Positions 61,101-64,000 of a stretch of 64,000 bases of DNA are shown one piece after another. A program made the position numbers and the translations under genes. Under the pieces are notes generated by a model that was not told the DNA's origin, did not search any database, and saw only the letters and a program-made list of their open reading frames with translations. Source of the DNA: Gordius albopunctatus (taxonomy: Eukaryota); the NCBI GenBank assembly GCA_964276515.1, contig OZ193909.1, positions 2,914,001 through 2,978,000 on the forward strand. Reading direction: 5' to 3'. Position 1 is the first letter of the stretch; every line of letters begins with the position of its first letter.

Positions 61101-61527
61101 ATAGTTTCAACATCATGAGTCGCCCACTTTTTCTTTGTACCTCAATGACTTTATCTTGCAGATGGGAAGCTAATATAATTTCCACTCCATTTTTATTCCT
61201 TTCTAGGCCATTGAAGTAAAGTTTATAGCCTTCACCTATCATCCTTGCTTTTGCGCCTTTCCATCTTGTTTCCTGTATACACGCTATATCGACCCGTCGC
61301 TTGCTGAGGTTGTCAGCAACTTCTCGGAATTTTGCAGTCATCGTTCCAACATTTAGCGAGACCACTCTCAATCTCGTCCTTTGCAAACTAGTTTCTTTAA
61401 CTGCATCCTTTTGCGGAAGATGTAGTGACCCTCGTTGACATTTCACATGATACGGGCGCCTACCATGCGCGTCGTTTACGGAGGACGCCCTAGTGCTTTC
61501 ATTATTACGAACTTTCATAGTATGCAT
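58104..61527 (-). pseudogene. Disrupted RTE ORF (~997 codons after removing the MITE)
   Basis: Five in-frame stops (60523, 60340, 58971, 58758, 58197) and a 422-bp insertion plus TSD; all fragments fall in one frame once the insertion is removed. Confidence 0.88.
59674..60095. mobile_element. hAT-type MITE (CAGAG family) inserted in the RTE ORF
   Basis: TIRs CAGAGACCAGATTTG / CAAATCTGACCTCTG; perfect 8-bp TSD ATTCTTCC (59666-59673, 60096-60103); subterminal CGGGC repeats. Confidence 0.92.
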
Positions 61528-61959
61528 TTTGGTTTATATGGAATGAGGGAGTATTCATATCCCGGCCTTCCAAGCCTGACGGAACTATGTTAGATTTTGG
61601 CGCTTGACTACCTACTATTCTTTATGATGCCGTCATTTTGGTGAATTATACTTTTCTTTAGACCACTCGTATTGATAGGCTTAATCTAGCACTTCCATTT
61701 TACTAGTACTCCCTCAAAAAGCCCAGATATTTTAGTCTGACCCTTCATCAAGAACCTTGCCAATAGGGTGACCCCACCAGTAACAAACAAAAAATTGTGT
61801 TTGGCTACCAAAGGTATAGCTTCTTGGATCACGAGAGTACACAAGCTCAACCACCACTACAAGGTATTTCTGGCTCGGTTGAGAAATTTATTAATTTATA
61901 TGATAATTTAAAAAAGTCATGTGAAAAAAATTAGACGATACATAAACATTTTTGAATGT

Positions 61960-62069
61960 GGAGACATGTCGAGACATGTTGTCGAGTCGAGACGAGACCG
62001 AAAATTTTGTAGGTGACGAGTTCAAGAATCTCATAATCGCACCTGAGACCAGATCAAATCGAAACACTA
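61960..62069. mobile_element. Probable hAT terminus with GAGAC subterminal repeats
   Basis: GAGACATGTCGAGAC...GAGACGAGACC...CGAAACACTA; partner end not found. Confidence 0.45.
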
Positions 62070-62847
62070 TTAATTGTTACAAGATATTAATTTAAAATTC
62101 TCTTTATGTATGAAATATATATATGTTAATGATGAAACATTAAACAAGGAATGGTATTAATATGGGGGTCGAGATCAATTTTCTTTGCTTCAGATGTAAG
62201 TTTTTTCTAATTATTAAATGAATTTTATAAACCAATTTCATTAAAGTGAAAACCTCGATTTATAGAAATCATTGCACACATCGACTAAATGCTTTAATTA
62301 GAACAATACTATATCACAGAAAAAAATAAAAGTGGATGCAAGAGAACCTTAGTATGACTATGGGATAGCAATTATAAGTGCATTGTTTTTCAATCTAGCA
62401 ACATATTACATGTTTCATTTCTTGAATTGAGTTTATTTAATAATTAAGAACCTTTAAATATCCTTTACATAGTTTAGAATTGTTGAAATGTTGTAGAAGG
62501 AAGTCAATATAATTGAGACGCATTTATAGACTAGAGGCTAATTAACATTTAGTATAACACAAAAAATATATCAAAAATCTATTATATAATGATTTTAAGA
62601 TTCTAATGTAAAGTTTAACAAATATTAAGATGTCATTTTAAAAATTTAATTGTTTTTCAATAAAACCACCGTTAATTTGATATAATAGCTAAAGAGGTTT
62701 AGTAAAATAGAAAGTAGCTAGGAGATGGAAACAAAAATTGATAGCGATAGTCAACAAGGTTATTACAATATATTTAAATTTTACGATAATGTAACGAATT
62801 TAAAACAAGAGTAATTTTATTATTATTCGCAGGAAATGAGGTTACTT

Positions 62848-63017
62848 CATTGGCGTAGGGAGCATTGGAATTAGACAGGAGCAATAATGAGTTAGGGGGA
62901 GGGGGCAAAATAATCATTTTTTGAAATTTTAGTTATATTTATAATAAATTTCAACAATTTTTTTTGGATTTAGAGGAGCAGCCACCCCTCTCTGCCTCCC
63001 CCCTGGATACGCCTTTG
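62848..63017. mobile_element. CATGGG-family hAT MITE
   Basis: TSD GGTTACTT/CGTTACTT. Confidence 0.82.
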
Positions 63018-63192
63018 CGTTACTTTATTTAAAATTTTAAGTATACAAATTATTATTAGAAGTTGCAAGAAGTAGTAAAAAGTAGATATTCAAATTTTTA
63101 CTACGCTACAATATCGTAATTTTTAATACATGTTTATATATATAGACCCACCATTGAGCAGTTATCTGAATTTAGTTAGTAGTATACATGAG

Positions 63193-63395
63193 TAGAGTTG
63201 TTAAATTGCTAACTTTCTTCAAACTCCAGACGCGAGCACGCACACTGAGTTGCTTAACATGCGCGTTAGCACAATATCTGCTCTCTGTTCGATGCACTAG
63301 GTAGAACATTAGCATATAAAAATGCTCGAAGACCGAGCAGAAACTCGAGCAGATGGTAGCTGGAGTTGAAGAAAGTTAGCAATTTAACAACTCTA
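63193..63395. mobile_element. hAT MITE with ~36-bp TIRs
   Basis: TAGAGTTGTTAAATTGCTAACTTTCTTCAA...TTGAAGAAAGTTAGCAATTTAACAACTCTA; TSD TACATGAG/TACGTGAG. Confidence 0.9.
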
Positions 63396-64000
63396 TACGT
63401 GAGCATAGCCAGGATTTTCTCCCAAAGGGGGGGGGGAATTACCAAAAAAAATTTTAACATTTTTATTTCAACATCAAAATTATAAAATCTAGTATAAAAC
63501 ATTAAGAAAGTCATTATAAATAATTAACTTGGTCAGATACGTTGCACCATTGATCAATAAATAAAAACCTATATTAATATATGATTATTATCATAATAGT
63601 ATTTTTATGAATATTGTAAATGATGTATATTTAAAAGCGCTATTTTTAATGTTAAACTAGCTCATTTATTTCATTAAGTTTAAGAACACTTTAATTAACC
63701 AAAATCACTATAATCTATATAGAATTTTCTTAATTATACACATTTAAAATGGCGGAAAACGGCACACATATTCATCGATTGAGCAGTCTTTTTAGTCTAA
63801 AGCTGTGCGCAAAAAGGATCATAAATGCAACGATGATCTAAGGATTCATTTAAGTACAAGATCTACATAAATAGGATGAATTTTAGGGAATAATAAATAG
63901 AGGAAGGCCCACACTTACATTGGATTAATCATAAAATAAAGAACGATCCCATGCGTGTGCGAAAATAGGAAAGTTGGCGTCGGGTCGGAACGAAAACCTG

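Larger units (their letters stand above)
58095..61885 (-). mobile_element. RTE-clade non-LTR retrotransposon (APE endonuclease + reverse transcriptase), near full length, inactivated
   Basis: Endonuclease motifs LNVGT, QETRW, GADMNGHVG, QIDF; ETWWWNE linker; RT motifs NYRGIKL, QFGFMPGKST, FIDLEK, H*GSVLSP, LFADD, FKYLGS; C-terminal RLRWYGH and RKRGRPK; single-ORF layout with ~360-nt 5' UTR. Confidence 0.93.

Overview
AT-rich genomic DNA from an invertebrate animal (GT-AG spliceosomal introns, no prokaryotic features). I could rebuild two protein-coding genes on the + strand exon by exon, with consistent phases. (1) A KAT6/MOZ-MORF/enok-type MYST histone acetyltransferase: 19 coding exons, 1113-22316, about 2216 aa. 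(2) A Lhx1/5 (Lim1/lin-11) LIM-homeobox gene: 7 coding exons, 29733-56718, about 813 aa. Downstream on the - strand is an essentially full-length RTE-clade LINE (about 58095-61885), inactivated by five nonsense codons and a hAT MITE insertion. Introns and intergenic DNA hold about 20 copies of one hAT-type MITE family, several other TIR elements with 8-bp TSDs, decayed hAT transposase remnants, and two copies of a tRNA-derived SINE whose 3' tail matches this RTE. Most interesting: a multiply pseudoknotted RNA domain at the RTE 5' end; the SINE-RTE partnership visible within one window; a KAT6 that seems to lack the CpG-reading WH1 domain but has AT-hooks and an altered double PHD finger; a Lhx1/5 about twice the vertebrate length; and a pseudoknot or switch in the KAT6 3' UTR. 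All homology statements come from my recognition of motifs; no searches were run.
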